Shown piece after piece: positions 1 through 10,503 of a stretch of 32,000 nt of DNA. The notes below the pieces were generated by a model that did not search any database, was not told where the DNA came from, and saw only the letters and a list, made by a program, of their open reading frames with translations. The position numbers and the translations under genes were made by a program. The stretch's first letter is position 1; the number at the start of each line of letters is the position of its first letter. Origin of the DNA: Flavobacteriaceae bacterium (lineage in GTDB: Bacteria > Bacteroidota > Bacteroidia > Flavobacteriales > Flavobacteriaceae); NCBI GenBank assembly GCA_965224465.1, contig OZ245049.1:2880001-2912000 (forward strand), in the 5' to 3' direction.

Positions 1-522
1 ATAACAAAACAAGATGAAATAAATAAATTCAGAAAAAAATACGACCTACTAAATTTTATTTTTGGCCCCTGGCTTATACTCAAAGGACCTTTCTTAACTT
101 ATGAGGCATATAAAATAAATCGCAATGGAGGAATAGACGTAACGAAAGACATAATGGCAAATTTAACCCAAGAATCTCTCGAAAAAAACGAAATAGAGAT
201 TAAAACCATTCATACTATTTATTCAAAAGTTTCCAAAAATGACAAACGGGACATAAAAACTGCAATACAGAGAATAAATTTAAACAAAGTACCCTTAAAA
301 AGGATTTACACAGCACTATTTATAGATGTAGCTCCAGGGAATCCTCCACACTTTGTAATAGGAATTGAACTTTATAATGATAAAACAATAGCTATTGACT
401 ATATAAAAACATGCCTTCAAACTGTTTTTTACAAACACGTACACTTTGAAATAATCGACTTAAAAATAAATAATGATTATTGTAAAAAGTTAATCGAACA
501 AGGAGATAGGATATACGGGTAA
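1..522 (+). CDS. hypothetical protein, probably the 3' portion of a gene starting upstream of the window (first in-window ATG is at 154)
   Basis: Frame +1 has no stop from nt 1 to the TAA at 520-522, and no ATG/GTG/TTG before 154. The upstream translation (..YDLLNFIFGPWLILKGPFLTYEAY..) looks protein-like. No confident motif. The C-terminal half only vaguely resembles SseB C-terminal-type domains. Confidence 0.5.
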   Translation: MTKQDEINKFRKKYDLLNFIFGPWLILKGPFLTYEAYKINRNGGIDVTKDIMANLTQESLEKNEIEIKTIHTIYSKVSKNDKRDIKTAIQRINLNKVPLKRIYTALFIDVAPGNPPHFVIGIELYNDKTIAIDYIKTCLQTVFYKHVHFEIIDLKINNDYCKKLIEQGDRIYG

Positions 523-747
523 TACCAACTGTATTTTTGTATGTCTTGTTTAGAAATAGAATTATTTCTTCTTAATTCTAGACAAGAAGTTTAAGATAGC
601 AATGGATCTATTTTTTAACAATAAAAAAGTCTAAAACATTTCTAAATCAGGAAACAAGGCGCATAAACTCACCTCTTCCATTGCAGCTAAATCAATCTCC
701 AGTTGCTCCTGTTTCCTAATTCGTTTTACATCCTAGCTCCAAAAAAA

Positions 748-1614
748 CTACTTCTTGATAAAAGCAATAGTATTTTTTACGACCCTTTTCAAATCGCTTG
801 GCATTACAGTTTCTTCCCAAGGCTGCGTACAACCAAAAGTATGGTTGGCATTGGGTATCATTTCTAATTGCGCATTGGGATTCCATTGCCTTAAACACGT
901 TGCTTCTATAGGCGGCACAACAACATCGCTTTCTCCTTGAACGATAAGTTGAGGGATGGACAATCGTTTGACAGATGCTTCTATGGTAAGACGTGCTTCG
1001 TTTTCTTTAAAATTGGTGTAGAAATCAAACAAATGTGGCATTTGCTGCTTTGTCCTTGCATTTTCTATATACGCCACCCCATTAGACTCCCATGCTTCCA
1101 AGGCGTCACCTTTTGGAAAACGTGCTGCAAAATCAGAAACTCCAGCCCAAGTAACCACACGTGTTACGCGAGTACTTTCACCTGCTTTTACCAACACAAT
1201 ACCACCACCTCTAGAATGTCCTATAAGTGTAATATTGTTCAGATCAATAACCTCTTTAAACTCCGCTTGCGAACTTATATAATTTAGCATCGTTTCTATA
1301 TCGTCCAACTCTTTGGTAAACGTATTTTCTCCAAAGGCAGCTAAATCAGGAAAATCAATAGGGTTCTTCATGGTTCCACCGTTGTGGGAAAAATTAAACT
1401 TCGCAAAAAACAGATTGGCATTTACAAAATCATCAACCATCAAATTCCAAGCACCCCAATCCTTAAACCCTTTATATCCATGGCAAAATATCACCACAGG
1501 TTTTTGTTTCTTATCATTTTTAAAATAGAAATCCGCCAAGATTGATTTGCTATTCTCTTGCGCTATTTGTACATTTTTAATTGCTTGCATTGATTTACGA
1601 TGTATTATGGACAC
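748..1614 (-). CDS. alpha/beta-fold hydrolase (serine hydrolase)
   Basis: 288-aa ORF with nucleophile elbow GHSRGG (GxSxG), a CHGYKGF segment and a late His in ..NANHTF... Its start lies 4 nt after the stop of the upstream nuclease gene, suggesting one operon. Confidence 0.85.
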   Translation of the reverse strand: MSIIHRKSMQAIKNVQIAQENSKSILADFYFKNDKKQKPVVIFCHGYKGFKDWGAWNLMVDDFVNANLFFAKFNFSHNGGTMKNPIDFPDLAAFGENTFTKELDDIETMLNYISSQAEFKEVIDLNNITLIGHSRGGGIVLVKAGESTRVTRVVTWAGVSDFAARFPKGDALEAWESNGVAYIENARTKQQMPHLFDFYTNFKENEARLTIEASVKRLSIPQLIVQGESDVVVPPIEATCLRQWNPNAQLEMIPNANHTFGCTQPWEETVMPSDLKRVVKNTIAFIKK

Positions 1615-1618
1615 TGCT

Positions 1619-4357
1619 TTAAAAAGGCAAATCCGTTTTTTCTATAAAAGGAATGTTTTTATCAAATATCTCTGCCATTATCTCAGCAAAAACAGAGGAG
1701 AATTCCGCTATTCTTTCTTTGTTTACAACTCGGTCTTGCTGCCCTCTTTCAGCTGTAAAATTCAAGGGTAAAAATCCAGTATTCAAGTTTTTAAAGGAAT
1801 AGATCCCAGCCTCCAACCCCTGCAACTCTATTTTTTTATCATCTTTTAAAAACATATAAGCATACATCAACACCTGTAAAGGTTTTGCATATTTATAATC
1901 AGTTTTTAACAAGGATACATCTGGAACTTTTAAATCTAACAGCGTTACCTTTCCAGTTTTATAATCTATAATTCTTGTAATCGCATCCAATTGATCTATC
2001 CTGTCTACCGACCCTCTCAGATTTACTATAAAAGGCAATGATTCATGTTCAAAGCTACACCTTATATCTTTTTCTAAACTAATAATTTTTAGTTTTTTTC
2101 CTTCTTTTAAAAGTGCCAACTCTTGATTTAAGAATCGCGTGATATGGTTTATAGAAACTTCAAATATCAATCTATTTTTCCCAAAACCGAGTTCTCCTTT
2201 TTTAAAGAACACTTCAAATTGTTTCTTTATTTCATCTTTTAAAAGACCTTTCATACTTTTAACCGATGCTTCAGAAAGATAGCTCCCCAAATACGGTTTG
2301 TATAAATAATACAACGTTTCATGAATTACGGTTCCCATGGTATTACTCGCCACGGTTTCTTCTACTTCTGCAGCTTCTTTAAGTCCCAAAACATAGCGCT
2401 GATAAAACGCAATAGGATTGTATAAGTACGTAGCCAAAGCAGAAGGAGAAACACCACTTTTAGCCCATGCTTTCAGGGATTCAATCACTTCGTCTGTTTT
2501 AGTAATATGAAGAATGGAATTCTCTAATTTGGACACAGAAGGACTGATTAAATGTTCTTTTACATTGTCGTAATAATAACTTAGTTGGGTAATAAAACGA
2601 CTCTTTTCCCCTGCTCCAAAGGCATCTGGTTCCGTATTATACAATAAATAAATATGTTTTGCGCGTTGTATCAATCTATAAAAGTGATAGGAGAAAATAG
2701 CATCTTTTTCTTGATAGGTAGGAATCGCAAACATTTTTTTAATCTCAAAAGGCAAAAAAGACTGCTCTCCTTTACCGTTTGGCAACACGCCCTCGTTTGT
2801 AGAGGTTACTATAATAGTATCAAAATCCAATACCCGCGTTTCTAACATCCCCATTAACTGCAAACCATTTAAAGGCTCTCCTTGAAAGGACAAACTCTCC
2901 TGCTGCGTCAATAGCTTATAAAACTGTTGTAACACACGTATAGATCCAATATATCCATATGCTTTATTCAAGTTATTTAACTGCTTAAAAACGCTTAAAA
3001 AACGATATGAAAACTCTCGATCTAAACCTGTAACATGATGCATCCAGAACTCTAATAAAGAAATCTGACGATCTAGTATCTTCGGTATCTCTAAACAGAT
3101 ATCAAACAGCCCCGAAAAATGAGCATCCACATCTGCTAACAACTTCTGAATTAGCGCTGGTTTTAAGAAAACAACATTCTGTTGAACCATTTCTTTTTCT
3201 AATTGTTCAACCTGAGCTTCACAGGACAAATGACCAGCCAATTTTTTTATATAAGGGTGATTTAGCAAGGCCAATACATCTTTAAAATAAAACGCTTCTT
3301 TTTGAAATTTATCAACATTCAAATGCATTTTAAAATACAAATCAAAAAAGCTAGATAAGCCTATTTGATGAAGTGGAAATCCCATCGTAATATTTACCTT
3401 TCCAATAGAACTTGGCAAAGAGGTAAGCGTTAAAGGCAATAAGTTTTCGTCAGCTAAAACCAAGGCAGTGTTTTGTGGAGTTTCAATTTTCTGTAATAAT
3501 TCTCCTACAAATTTAAGCTGAGTTACATTTTTAGGCGCCCCTATGCAATTGATTGTTTTTTTACTAAAATCTATTTCTTCTATCCAATTGAATGGATGTT
3601 CTTTATAATAAGGCCATGTTTCTTTATAAGAACGTATAAAAACACCTGCCTCGTTTGACGGGTGCATGATGGCCGTACTTGTATCCCAATACACTTTTGC
3701 CAATTGATGTTCTAACAATGTTTGAAATATGGTTTCTTCCGCTTTATTTAAGGCGTTGAAACCCACAAAATACGTCATCGTACCAGTAGTATCAGCTACA
3801 TATTCCTCAAGATTAGCCGTTGCTACACGATACAGCAATCCTTGATATCCAATTTTTTTTACCTGTAATTGTTCTGTAATAGATTGGTAATAACTATGAA
3901 GTTTTTCGAAAAAATGCAAGTATTTAGTCGTTAAGATTGTTGGTTTTTCATCATCAGCTAACCAACTTTCCATGCGCTTCACATCACTTAAATAGGTAAA
4001 TATCTGGTGTGAATCTACAAGGTAACTATCAATTTCATTAAAATCGTGTAATGCTGTGGTTGCCCAATGGATAAAACTCTCAAAAGGTTCTACCTTATCT
4101 TTTGGTGTTTGCTTTAAGTACACTTGGTAAAACTCAAATACCAACTGTACGGAATCTACCATACGCAATCCTGCCATTTTTTGAATATACCCCTCGATAC
4201 TTATAATTTCAGGTAAAAACCCAGCAGTTTTTAATTGCCTTTTAAATTCTTCTTTTAAAAAAAGACACGATCGTTGACTCGGTAAAACAAACAACGCGGA
4301 ATCAACATTGGCATTTTTTAGTACATCGGTAACTACATTAGAAAGAAAGGATGACAT
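1619..4357 (-). CDS. PD-(D/E)XK nuclease family protein, AddB/RexB-like (no Walker A motif)
   Basis: 912-aa ORF. The C-terminal RecB-type nuclease signature is present: ..GTVIHETL.., RGSVDRIDQ..RIIDYKTGK (D..(D/E)xK) and LQVLMYAYM (QxxxY). No GxGKT motif at the N-terminus and no Cys cluster. Confidence 0.85.
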   Translation of the reverse strand: MSSFLSNVVTDVLKNANVDSALFVLPSQRSCLFLKEEFKRQLKTAGFLPEIISIEGYIQKMAGLRMVDSVQLVFEFYQVYLKQTPKDKVEPFESFIHWATTALHDFNEIDSYLVDSHQIFTYLSDVKRMESWLADDEKPTILTTKYLHFFEKLHSYYQSITEQLQVKKIGYQGLLYRVATANLEEYVADTTGTMTYFVGFNALNKAEETIFQTLLEHQLAKVYWDTSTAIMHPSNEAGVFIRSYKETWPYYKEHPFNWIEEIDFSKKTINCIGAPKNVTQLKFVGELLQKIETPQNTALVLADENLLPLTLTSLPSSIGKVNITMGFPLHQIGLSSFFDLYFKMHLNVDKFQKEAFYFKDVLALLNHPYIKKLAGHLSCEAQVEQLEKEMVQQNVVFLKPALIQKLLADVDAHFSGLFDICLEIPKILDRQISLLEFWMHHVTGLDREFSYRFLSVFKQLNNLNKAYGYIGSIRVLQQFYKLLTQQESLSFQGEPLNGLQLMGMLETRVLDFDTIIVTSTNEGVLPNGKGEQSFLPFEIKKMFAIPTYQEKDAIFSYHFYRLIQRAKHIYLLYNTEPDAFGAGEKSRFITQLSYYYDNVKEHLISPSVSKLENSILHITKTDEVIESLKAWAKSGVSPSALATYLYNPIAFYQRYVLGLKEAAEVEETVASNTMGTVIHETLYYLYKPYLGSYLSEASVKSMKGLLKDEIKKQFEVFFKKGELGFGKNRLIFEVSINHITRFLNQELALLKEGKKLKIISLEKDIRCSFEHESLPFIVNLRGSVDRIDQLDAITRIIDYKTGKVTLLDLKVPDVSLLKTDYKYAKPLQVLMYAYMFLKDDKKIELQGLEAGIYSFKNLNTGFLPLNFTAERGQQDRVVNKERIAEFSSVFAEIMAEIFDKNIPFIEKTDLPF

Positions 4358-4375
4358 ATTTATAATTTGTATAAA

Positions 4376-4410
4376 AATAAAAAAGCCATTTCAAATGAAA
4401 TGGCTTTTTA
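4376..4410 (-). terminator. rho-independent terminator downstream of the OmpA-family gene (bidirectional shape)
   Basis: Perfect hairpin AGCCATTTC-AAAT-GAAATGGCT (4384-4405) flanked by an A-run and a T-run, 26 nt after the stop at 4436. Confidence 0.65.
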
Positions 4411-4435
4411 TAAAATATTTTAAGTGATCTTCAAA

Positions 4436-5845
4436 TTAGTTTATCAATTTGATCTCAACTCTTCTATTATTAGCTCTTCCTGAACGAGTAGCGTTAGAAT
4501 CAACTGGTTGATCTTCACCGTACCCATTTGAAGTTAAGTTAGAAGTAGAAATTCCTTTAGTAACTAAATAATCTTTTACAGCATTAGCTCTAGAAGCAGA
4601 TAAACGTTGGTTACCAGTTCTAGATCCTGTAGAATCTGTATGACCTTCAATATGGAATTTAGCATCTGGATATTCATTCATAATTGCAGCAATCATGTCT
4701 AAACGTGCATATGTTTTAGATTTAAAAGTAGATCTAGAAGTGTTAAAGTAAACAGTTCTTGCCAATTCTTGCAAAGCAGCTTTTGTTTCTTCACTTACAA
4801 CTTTAACTTCTGGACATCCATTATTAGAAGCAACACCTGCAACTTGTGGACATTTGTCAACATTGTCTAAAACACCATCTTTATCAGCATCTCCCCAAGG
4901 ACATCCGTTGTTTGCTTTAGGACCTGCAACTTTAGGACATTTATCTTTAGCATCAACAATTCCGTCTCCGTCAGTATCAGGACATCCGTTGTTAGCTTTT
5001 GTTCCTTTTACATTAGGACATTTATCTTTGCTATCAGCAATACCATCACCATCAGCATCAGGACAACCGTTTAAAGCTGCAAGACCTGCAGTGTTTGGAC
5101 ATGCATCATCAGCATCAACGATACCATCGTTATCTGAATCTGGACAACCTTTAAATTCTTTTAATCCAAATACTTCTGGACATGCATCATTTTTATCAAA
5201 GATACCATCACCGTCAGTGTCAGTTCCACCAAATTTGATTACGATACCAGCAGCATGTTGAAAGTGTTGTTTTACATATTGGCTATCAAAAGAATGCTTG
5301 TATGTAGATTGGATGTTTAAACCAATATTGTCAGAAAACCAAAAGTTAACTCCAGCTCCTCCGTTAAAAGTTCCTGTTCCGTTTGTGTTTTTAGTTACAT
5401 CAATCCAAGTATAACCTCCACCAATAGATACATAAGGATCAAACCAAGCAGTTTGTCCAATAACATTGTTTAAGTCATATTTAATTGTACCATCTAAACC
5501 GAAATAAGATAAATCAGCAGCAGAAACGTCACCAATTTTTTCGATTTTATTTAATGTACCAGCAGCTTCAAAGCTAAAACCGTCAGCTAAGTATCTTCCA
5601 ACACTCAATCTTGAGATAGAAGGGATCATGTTGTAATGGTCGTCCGCATTAAAGAACTCGTCATACCAAACAGTAGACTCTCCAGCAGGAGTTACCATAC
5701 CTTCAATGTTAGCAGGGTAAAAATCCACTGCATTTACACCGAAACCAATTGCCCAAGGATTACTTTCGTCCTGAGCATTAACGTTACTCAAACCAGCAAC
5801 GACTAATAAAGCCACCATGGCCATCTTTAAATGTTTCATTTTCAA
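4436..5845 (-). CDS. OmpA-family outer membrane protein with five thrombospondin type-3 (TSP3) calcium-binding repeats
   Basis: 469-aa ORF with a signal peptide (..LSNVNAQ) and an N-terminal beta-barrel-like region. Five DxDxDGxxDxxDxCP repeats are present (e.g. DTDGDGIFDKNDACP, DADGDGIADSKDKCP). The C-terminal OmpA peptidoglycan-binding domain shows ..HIEGHTDSTGS...NQRLSASRANAV...NRRVEI. Confidence 0.92.
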   Translation of the reverse strand: MKMKHLKMAMVALLVVAGLSNVNAQDESNPWAIGFGVNAVDFYPANIEGMVTPAGESTVWYDEFFNADDHYNMIPSISRLSVGRYLADGFSFEAAGTLNKIEKIGDVSAADLSYFGLDGTIKYDLNNVIGQTAWFDPYVSIGGGYTWIDVTKNTNGTGTFNGGAGVNFWFSDNIGLNIQSTYKHSFDSQYVKQHFQHAAGIVIKFGGTDTDGDGIFDKNDACPEVFGLKEFKGCPDSDNDGIVDADDACPNTAGLAALNGCPDADGDGIADSKDKCPNVKGTKANNGCPDTDGDGIVDAKDKCPKVAGPKANNGCPWGDADKDGVLDNVDKCPQVAGVASNNGCPEVKVVSEETKAALQELARTVYFNTSRSTFKSKTYARLDMIAAIMNEYPDAKFHIEGHTDSTGSRTGNQRLSASRANAVKDYLVTKGISTSNLTSNGYGEDQPVDSNATRSGRANNRRVEIKLIN

Positions 5846-5958
5846 TAATTTAATTTAATGTTCTTTTTGTTTTTTTATAATCTCTCGCTCCATCATAGAC
5901 AGAAACTAAGGACAAATCTACAAAATAATATTGATAGTGCACATTTTTTAAGAGATTT

Positions 5959-7152
5959 CTAGATAACATCTAGCAATTTACCTACTTTAATAAAAGAATG
6001 TACCGCTTTATCTAAATGCTCTTTAGTATGTGCAGCGGATAATTGAACTCTAATTCTCGCTTTTTCTTTAGGCACTACAGGAAAAAAGAAACCTATCACA
6101 TAAATACCTTCTTTTAACAACATATTCGCCATGGTTTGCGCCAATTTTGCATCATATAACATAACAGGAACAATGGCAGCATCTGCACCGACCAAATCAA
6201 ATCCAGCTTCACTCATTTTAGTTCTAAAATAATTAGTATTTTCTTCTAACTTATCACGTAAACTGGTATCCTTTGTAAGCATTTCAAAAACCTTAAGAGA
6301 TGCACCGACTATTGCTGGCGCCAATGAATTCGAAAATAAATAAGGACGTGAACGTTGGCGAAGGATTTCAATAATCTCTTTCTTACCTGTGGTATAACCA
6401 CCCATAGCTCCTCCCAATGCTTTCCCAAGGGTACCCGTAACGATATCTACACGATCCAGCACATTTTTCAATTCCACCGTTCCTCTACCCGTTTTCCCAA
6501 TAAAACCAGCAGCATGGCACTCATCTACCATCACCAAAGCGTCGTATTTATCAGCTAAATCACATATTTCATCTAGTTTTGCAACAATTCCATCCATTGA
6601 AAACACACCGTCGGTAACGATGATCTTAAAACGATGCCCTTTTTCGTTTGCCGCAATTAACTGCGCCTCTAAAGACTCCATATTATTATTATCGTACCTA
6701 TAGCGAGCTGCTTTACATAGGCGTACTCCATCAATAATAGAGGCATGATTTAATGCGTCTGAAATAATCGCATCTTCCGCCGTTAGTAAGGGTTCAAAAA
6801 CACCACCGTTAGCATCAAATGCTGCAGCGTATAAAATAGTATCTTCTGAGCTATAAAAATCTGCAATTTTCTGCTCCAATTCTTTGTGAATATCTTGCGT
6901 CCCACAAATAAAACGTACCGAAGACATTCCATACCCATGTGTATCCATTGCATCTTTCGCAGCTTGGATCACCTCTTTATTATTAGAAAGACCCAAATAA
7001 TTATTGGCACAAAAATTAATTACTTCTTCGCCTGTAGACACCTTAATAACAGCATCCTGAGAAGAGGTAATAATACGTTCTGACTTATACAAACCTGCAT
7101 CTTTAATTTCTTGCAGTTCTTTCGCTAATTGAGATTTTATAGTTCCGTACAT
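5959..7152 (-). CDS. kbl: glycine C-acetyltransferase (2-amino-3-ketobutyrate CoA ligase), PLP-dependent
   Basis: 397-aa ORF. The N-terminus ..[21 protein letters not shown]...[10 protein letters not shown] is typical of Kbl. The PLP-lysine context GTLGKALGG and the alpha-oxoamine synthase pattern DECHA..G are present. Confidence 0.9.
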   Translation of the reverse strand: MYGTIKSQLAKELQEIKDAGLYKSERIITSSQDAVIKVSTGEEVINFCANNYLGLSNNKEVIQAAKDAMDTHGYGMSSVRFICGTQDIHKELEQKIADFYSSEDTILYAAAFDANGGVFEPLLTAEDAIISDALNHASIIDGVRLCKAARYRYDNNNMESLEAQLIAANEKGHRFKIIVTDGVFSMDGIVAKLDEICDLADKYDALVMVDECHAAGFIGKTGRGTVELKNVLDRVDIVTGTLGKALGGAMGGYTTGKKEIIEILRQRSRPYLFSNSLAPAIVGASLKVFEMLTKDTSLRDKLEENTNYFRTKMSEAGFDLVGADAAIVPVMLYDAKLAQTMANMLLKEGIYVIGFFFPVVPKEKARIRVQLSAAHTKEHLDKAVHSFIKVGKLLDVI

Positions 7153-7287
7153 CGTTTTGTTTTTTTACGAAATTACAGATTTAAACCAATTAAAAGGCGG
7201 TTTTTTTATGAAAAATAAAACGCGTTTTTCGATAAATAGAATTTCTTTTGAACACGTGTTAAATACTAGCTACAACAAAACCCGATA

Positions 7288-10200
7288 TTAAGTAACAGAT
7301 ACCACTATAATATCATCTCCAAGATACACCAAAAACTTTTTAACAACATCATAGCCCAACGAAGTAAGGACATTTGCGTAATGCAACACCTGACTGTGGT
7401 GTTTTTTTTCTTCTAAACCAGTTTTATAATCAATAATGGCTACTTTATTTTGGGGATAAAAAACCAATCGATCTGGAATAATAACATTCCCAACATCGGT
7501 TAAAATTTCCCGTTCGTTAAAACTACGTAACCCTGGCTCATAACAAGAAAGCAACTCTGGATGTGTTACAATGGCACACAAAATTTTCCTAAACATTTGA
7601 ATGGTGAAGCTTTGAATACTTCCGTCACTTTCATAAGCATCCAAGACCACATCCACATCCGCTATCGAGGACACATCTGCCAACATAGCATGGACTAAGT
7701 TCCCATAATTAATTGCCTCTCCTTGAGCTGTACCCCACAATACAGATGCTTTTGTAACAACCGATATTTCTAGGCTGTCCCAAGAACTTGAAACAAATTG
7801 CTTTTGAGCCAATAAAGTTAACTTATTAGAGACTTTTTTTGGTGAGCTCTTTCGCAAAGCATTCCCAAAGCCATAGGTGAGTTGATCGGACTCCCAAGCA
7901 CCTAAATCTTTTAAAAAATGAATAAAATATCCTGAATAAAAATTTAAATTCTCTGCGCCTTTTTTTGAAATTTTATATTCAGAAATAACATACAATTGTT
8001 CTACTGCCCTTGTTAGTGCAACATACAGAATATTTAAATTATCCAGTTCTTGTTCTTCTCTATGCTGTATGTATTTTGCATTCCCTTCTTCTCCTGTATA
8101 CTTGAGTTCTTTTTTTAAGCTCACTAACAAAGCATCAAAAGGACTGATTATTTTAGAACTTTCTAACCATGTCTTCGGATTCATATCTTTATATATATCC
8201 AAATCATAGGGGAAAATAACGACTGGAAACTCCAACCCTTTGGCTTTGTGCACCGTCATAATATGCACCGCTCCACTTGTAGAAGGAGCTACAATACTTA
8301 AACTATCTTTTTTTCGTTCCCAAAAATCTAAGAACTCTAATAACGTAGCACTGTTATTTTGTTGATATTCCAAAACTACATCTAAAAAAAACTGTACATA
8401 CGCATCGGAACCATTTACTAATTTAAATGATTTAATCAACTGCTCTACGCCATTATAAAAAGAATTCTGAAAATACGTTTCTGTATTAAAATGAACACCA
8501 TACGCTGTCATTTTTTCAAAATAATCGACCGTAGCCAATCCTTTAAATTCTGATAAAAAGACATGCAAACTTTTAGAACTCTCCACATGTTGGTATAAAA
8601 AGTACAACAATTTTACTTTGACTTCTTCATTCTCAGGAAAACAAAGCACTCTTAAACAATCCACCAAAAACAATACTACAGGACTATTCTGCAATTGCAA
8701 TGTTTCCGAAGAGATAATACGAATACCACGTTCGGATAGGTATTTAGCAACAGCAACTCCTTGCGAACGTTTCCGAACCAATACACACACATCACTTTTA
8801 TCAAAACTTGGATCTAGATTGCAAATCACATCATGAACCTTGGCAGGAAAATCAAATTTTTTAGTTTCTTCGTCTTTCTCTAGAAAGGACAACTCCACAT
8901 ATCCACCTTTATTTTTATTGTGTTCTTGATAGCTACCACTGGCATATAAATTGGCATAATCTGTATGTGATAAATGCGTAGAACAGTGGGTGAAAAAGTT
9001 ATTATTAAAATCTATTACTTCAGAATAAGAACGGTAATTTGTCCCTAATTGCTGTAACTTCTTGGGAACATGAAATGGATTGGATGCTTTCCCTTTTCCT
9101 TTGTTAGACAAATCTATAAATTGCTCTGCCTTTCCTCCTCTCCATCTGTAAATACTTTGTTTGGCATCGCCTACCAACATCAATTTACCAAATTCACCGG
9201 CATCATTTTGACTGGACAAGGAATTGCTTATTAACGGAATAAGATTTTGCCATTGCATCTCCGAAGTATCCTGCATTTCATCAATAAAATAATAGCGATA
9301 TTTTTCACCAATACGTTCATAAATAAAAGGCGTAGGTTCGTCCTTAATCTTATCACTAATCAACTGATTGAACTCTGCATTTAATCGAATATTGTTTTCG
9401 TCTTTAATTGTTTGTAATGCTTGGTTAACATGATTCAAAACAGCCAATGGAACCAAGCCTTGCAGCACCAAATTTAGGAGTACATACTCTTGATAAACAA
9501 TTTCTGACTTGCTGTATAAAACAAGTAAGGATGGTAAAATAGCTTCAATACTATTTTTTATGTGATCCGGCTTAGATTTGGTATAGAAGTTTTGATTTTC
9601 CACATGATTTTTCAATGTGTTTTGATCAAAAAAAGTAGCTTTATTAAAATTGTTTTTTAAATGATAAAAATGATTCGAAAACATAGAACGATAAAAATCC
9701 TTGATCTCCAACCCTGCATTTTCAATCTCCGAAACGCCCTGAACTCCAAGATCCAAAAAGGCAGCTTCTAAAACTAACTTCCGCGCTGAAAGCGTTTTTT
9801 TATAGGCATTAAAATCTGCAACTGTTTTTTCTTTAAGTCCGTTTACAAAACTAATATCGGTTTCATTTAACAAGATCCGACCAACATTTCTAAGGTCTTC
9901 CGTAATGTCCCAAGCCTTGTCTTCTCCAGCTTTTTGAATGGAAAATCGAATGAGAAGATCCGTTAATTCTGCTTGTTGTCCGATGGTAGAAATCAACACA
10001 TCTACAGCTTCGTTTAACAAAGATTGCGCATCCATCTCTACCTCAAAATTGAGCGGCAAGCCCAAATCAAAAGCAAAAGTTTTTATCAGTTTGTGGGTAA
10101 AACTATCAATAGTAGTGATACTAAAAGCCCCGTAATTTTGAAGTATTTTTTCGATTACATTTTTTGATCTACCAATCAATAACTCAGCATCGCAACCCAT

Positions 10201-10443
10201 TTCTTCTTGCAGTACAAAAAACAAATCATTCTTTTTCCCTTTAGAAAAATCCTGCAAATTCTCCAGCACACGAGATTTCATTTCATTCGCCGCTTTGTTC
10301 GTAAAAGTGATCGCTAAAATTTGCTGAAAACGAAACGCATTTTTTGTAGAAAGTACAATTTTCAGGTACTCTTTCACCAATGTAAATGTCTTACCACTAC
10401 CTGCTGAAGCATTGTAAACTTGAAATAGATCTGTTGTTGGCAT
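7288..10443 (-). CDS. UvrD/AddA-like ATP-dependent helicase with C-terminal PD-(D/E)XK nuclease domain
   Basis: 1051-aa ORF with Walker A ASAGSGKTFTL, motif Ia TFTNKAANEM and DExQ box IDEMQDTS. The C-terminal nuclease motifs are GNLVHAML, IPDRL..AIIDYKTG and SQVLHYANVL. Confidence 0.9.
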   Translation of the reverse strand: MPTTDLFQVYNASAGSGKTFTLVKEYLKIVLSTKNAFRFQQILAITFTNKAANEMKSRVLENLQDFSKGKKNDLFFVLQEEMGCDAELLIGRSKNVIEKILQNYGAFSITTIDSFTHKLIKTFAFDLGLPLNFEVEMDAQSLLNEAVDVLISTIGQQAELTDLLIRFSIQKAGEDKAWDITEDLRNVGRILLNETDISFVNGLKEKTVADFNAYKKTLSARKLVLEAAFLDLGVQGVSEIENAGLEIKDFYRSMFSNHFYHLKNNFNKATFFDQNTLKNHVENQNFYTKSKPDHIKNSIEAILPSLLVLYSKSEIVYQEYVLLNLVLQGLVPLAVLNHVNQALQTIKDENNIRLNAEFNQLISDKIKDEPTPFIYERIGEKYRYYFIDEMQDTSEMQWQNLIPLISNSLSSQNDAGEFGKLMLVGDAKQSIYRWRGGKAEQFIDLSNKGKGKASNPFHVPKKLQQLGTNYRSYSEVIDFNNNFFTHCSTHLSHTDYANLYASGSYQEHNKNKGGYVELSFLEKDEETKKFDFPAKVHDVICNLDPSFDKSDVCVLVRKRSQGVAVAKYLSERGIRIISSETLQLQNSPVVLFLVDCLRVLCFPENEEVKVKLLYFLYQHVESSKSLHVFLSEFKGLATVDYFEKMTAYGVHFNTETYFQNSFYNGVEQLIKSFKLVNGSDAYVQFFLDVVLEYQQNNSATLLEFLDFWERKKDSLSIVAPSTSGAVHIMTVHKAKGLEFPVVIFPYDLDIYKDMNPKTWLESSKIISPFDALLVSLKKELKYTGEEGNAKYIQHREEQELDNLNILYVALTRAVEQLYVISEYKISKKGAENLNFYSGYFIHFLKDLGAWESDQLTYGFGNALRKSSPKKVSNKLTLLAQKQFVSSSWDSLEISVVTKASVLWGTAQGEAINYGNLVHAMLADVSSIADVDVVLDAYESDGSIQSFTIQMFRKILCAIVTHPELLSCYEPGLRSFNEREILTDVGNVIIPDRLVFYPQNKVAIIDYKTGLEEKKHHSQVLHYANVLTSLGYDVVKKFLVYLGDDIIVVSVT

Positions 10444-10503
10444 CCTGCTAAATTAAACTGCAAGATACTAAAACTAGTTCATAGGAACAGCTACAAAATA
10501 TGC

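Noticed and set aside
716-1528. ORFs 716-898 (-), 755-940 (+), 937-1287 (+) and 1313-1528 (+)
   Set aside because: All overlap the well-supported alpha/beta hydrolase gene (748-1614), in other frames or on the other strand.
4854-5261. 135-aa + strand ORF with a repetitive GHLSL/PSPS pattern
   Set aside because: It lies entirely antisense to the TSP3-repeat region of the OmpA-family gene. Its periodicity is just the mirror of the DxDxDG repeats, so it is a shadow ORF.
5946-5975. Small hairpin CTAGAT-AAC-ATCTAG overlapping the kbl stop codon
   Set aside because: It has only a 6-bp AT-rich stem with a 3-nt loop, and no T-run on the transcribed (minus) strand. It is not convincing as a terminator.
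1619-10443. Helicase plus nuclease genes as a possible phage-defence system
   Set aside because: The motif content and sizes fit housekeeping AddAB-type recombination enzymes. The neighbours are core genes (kbl, ompA, mfd), and no accessory-island signals are present.
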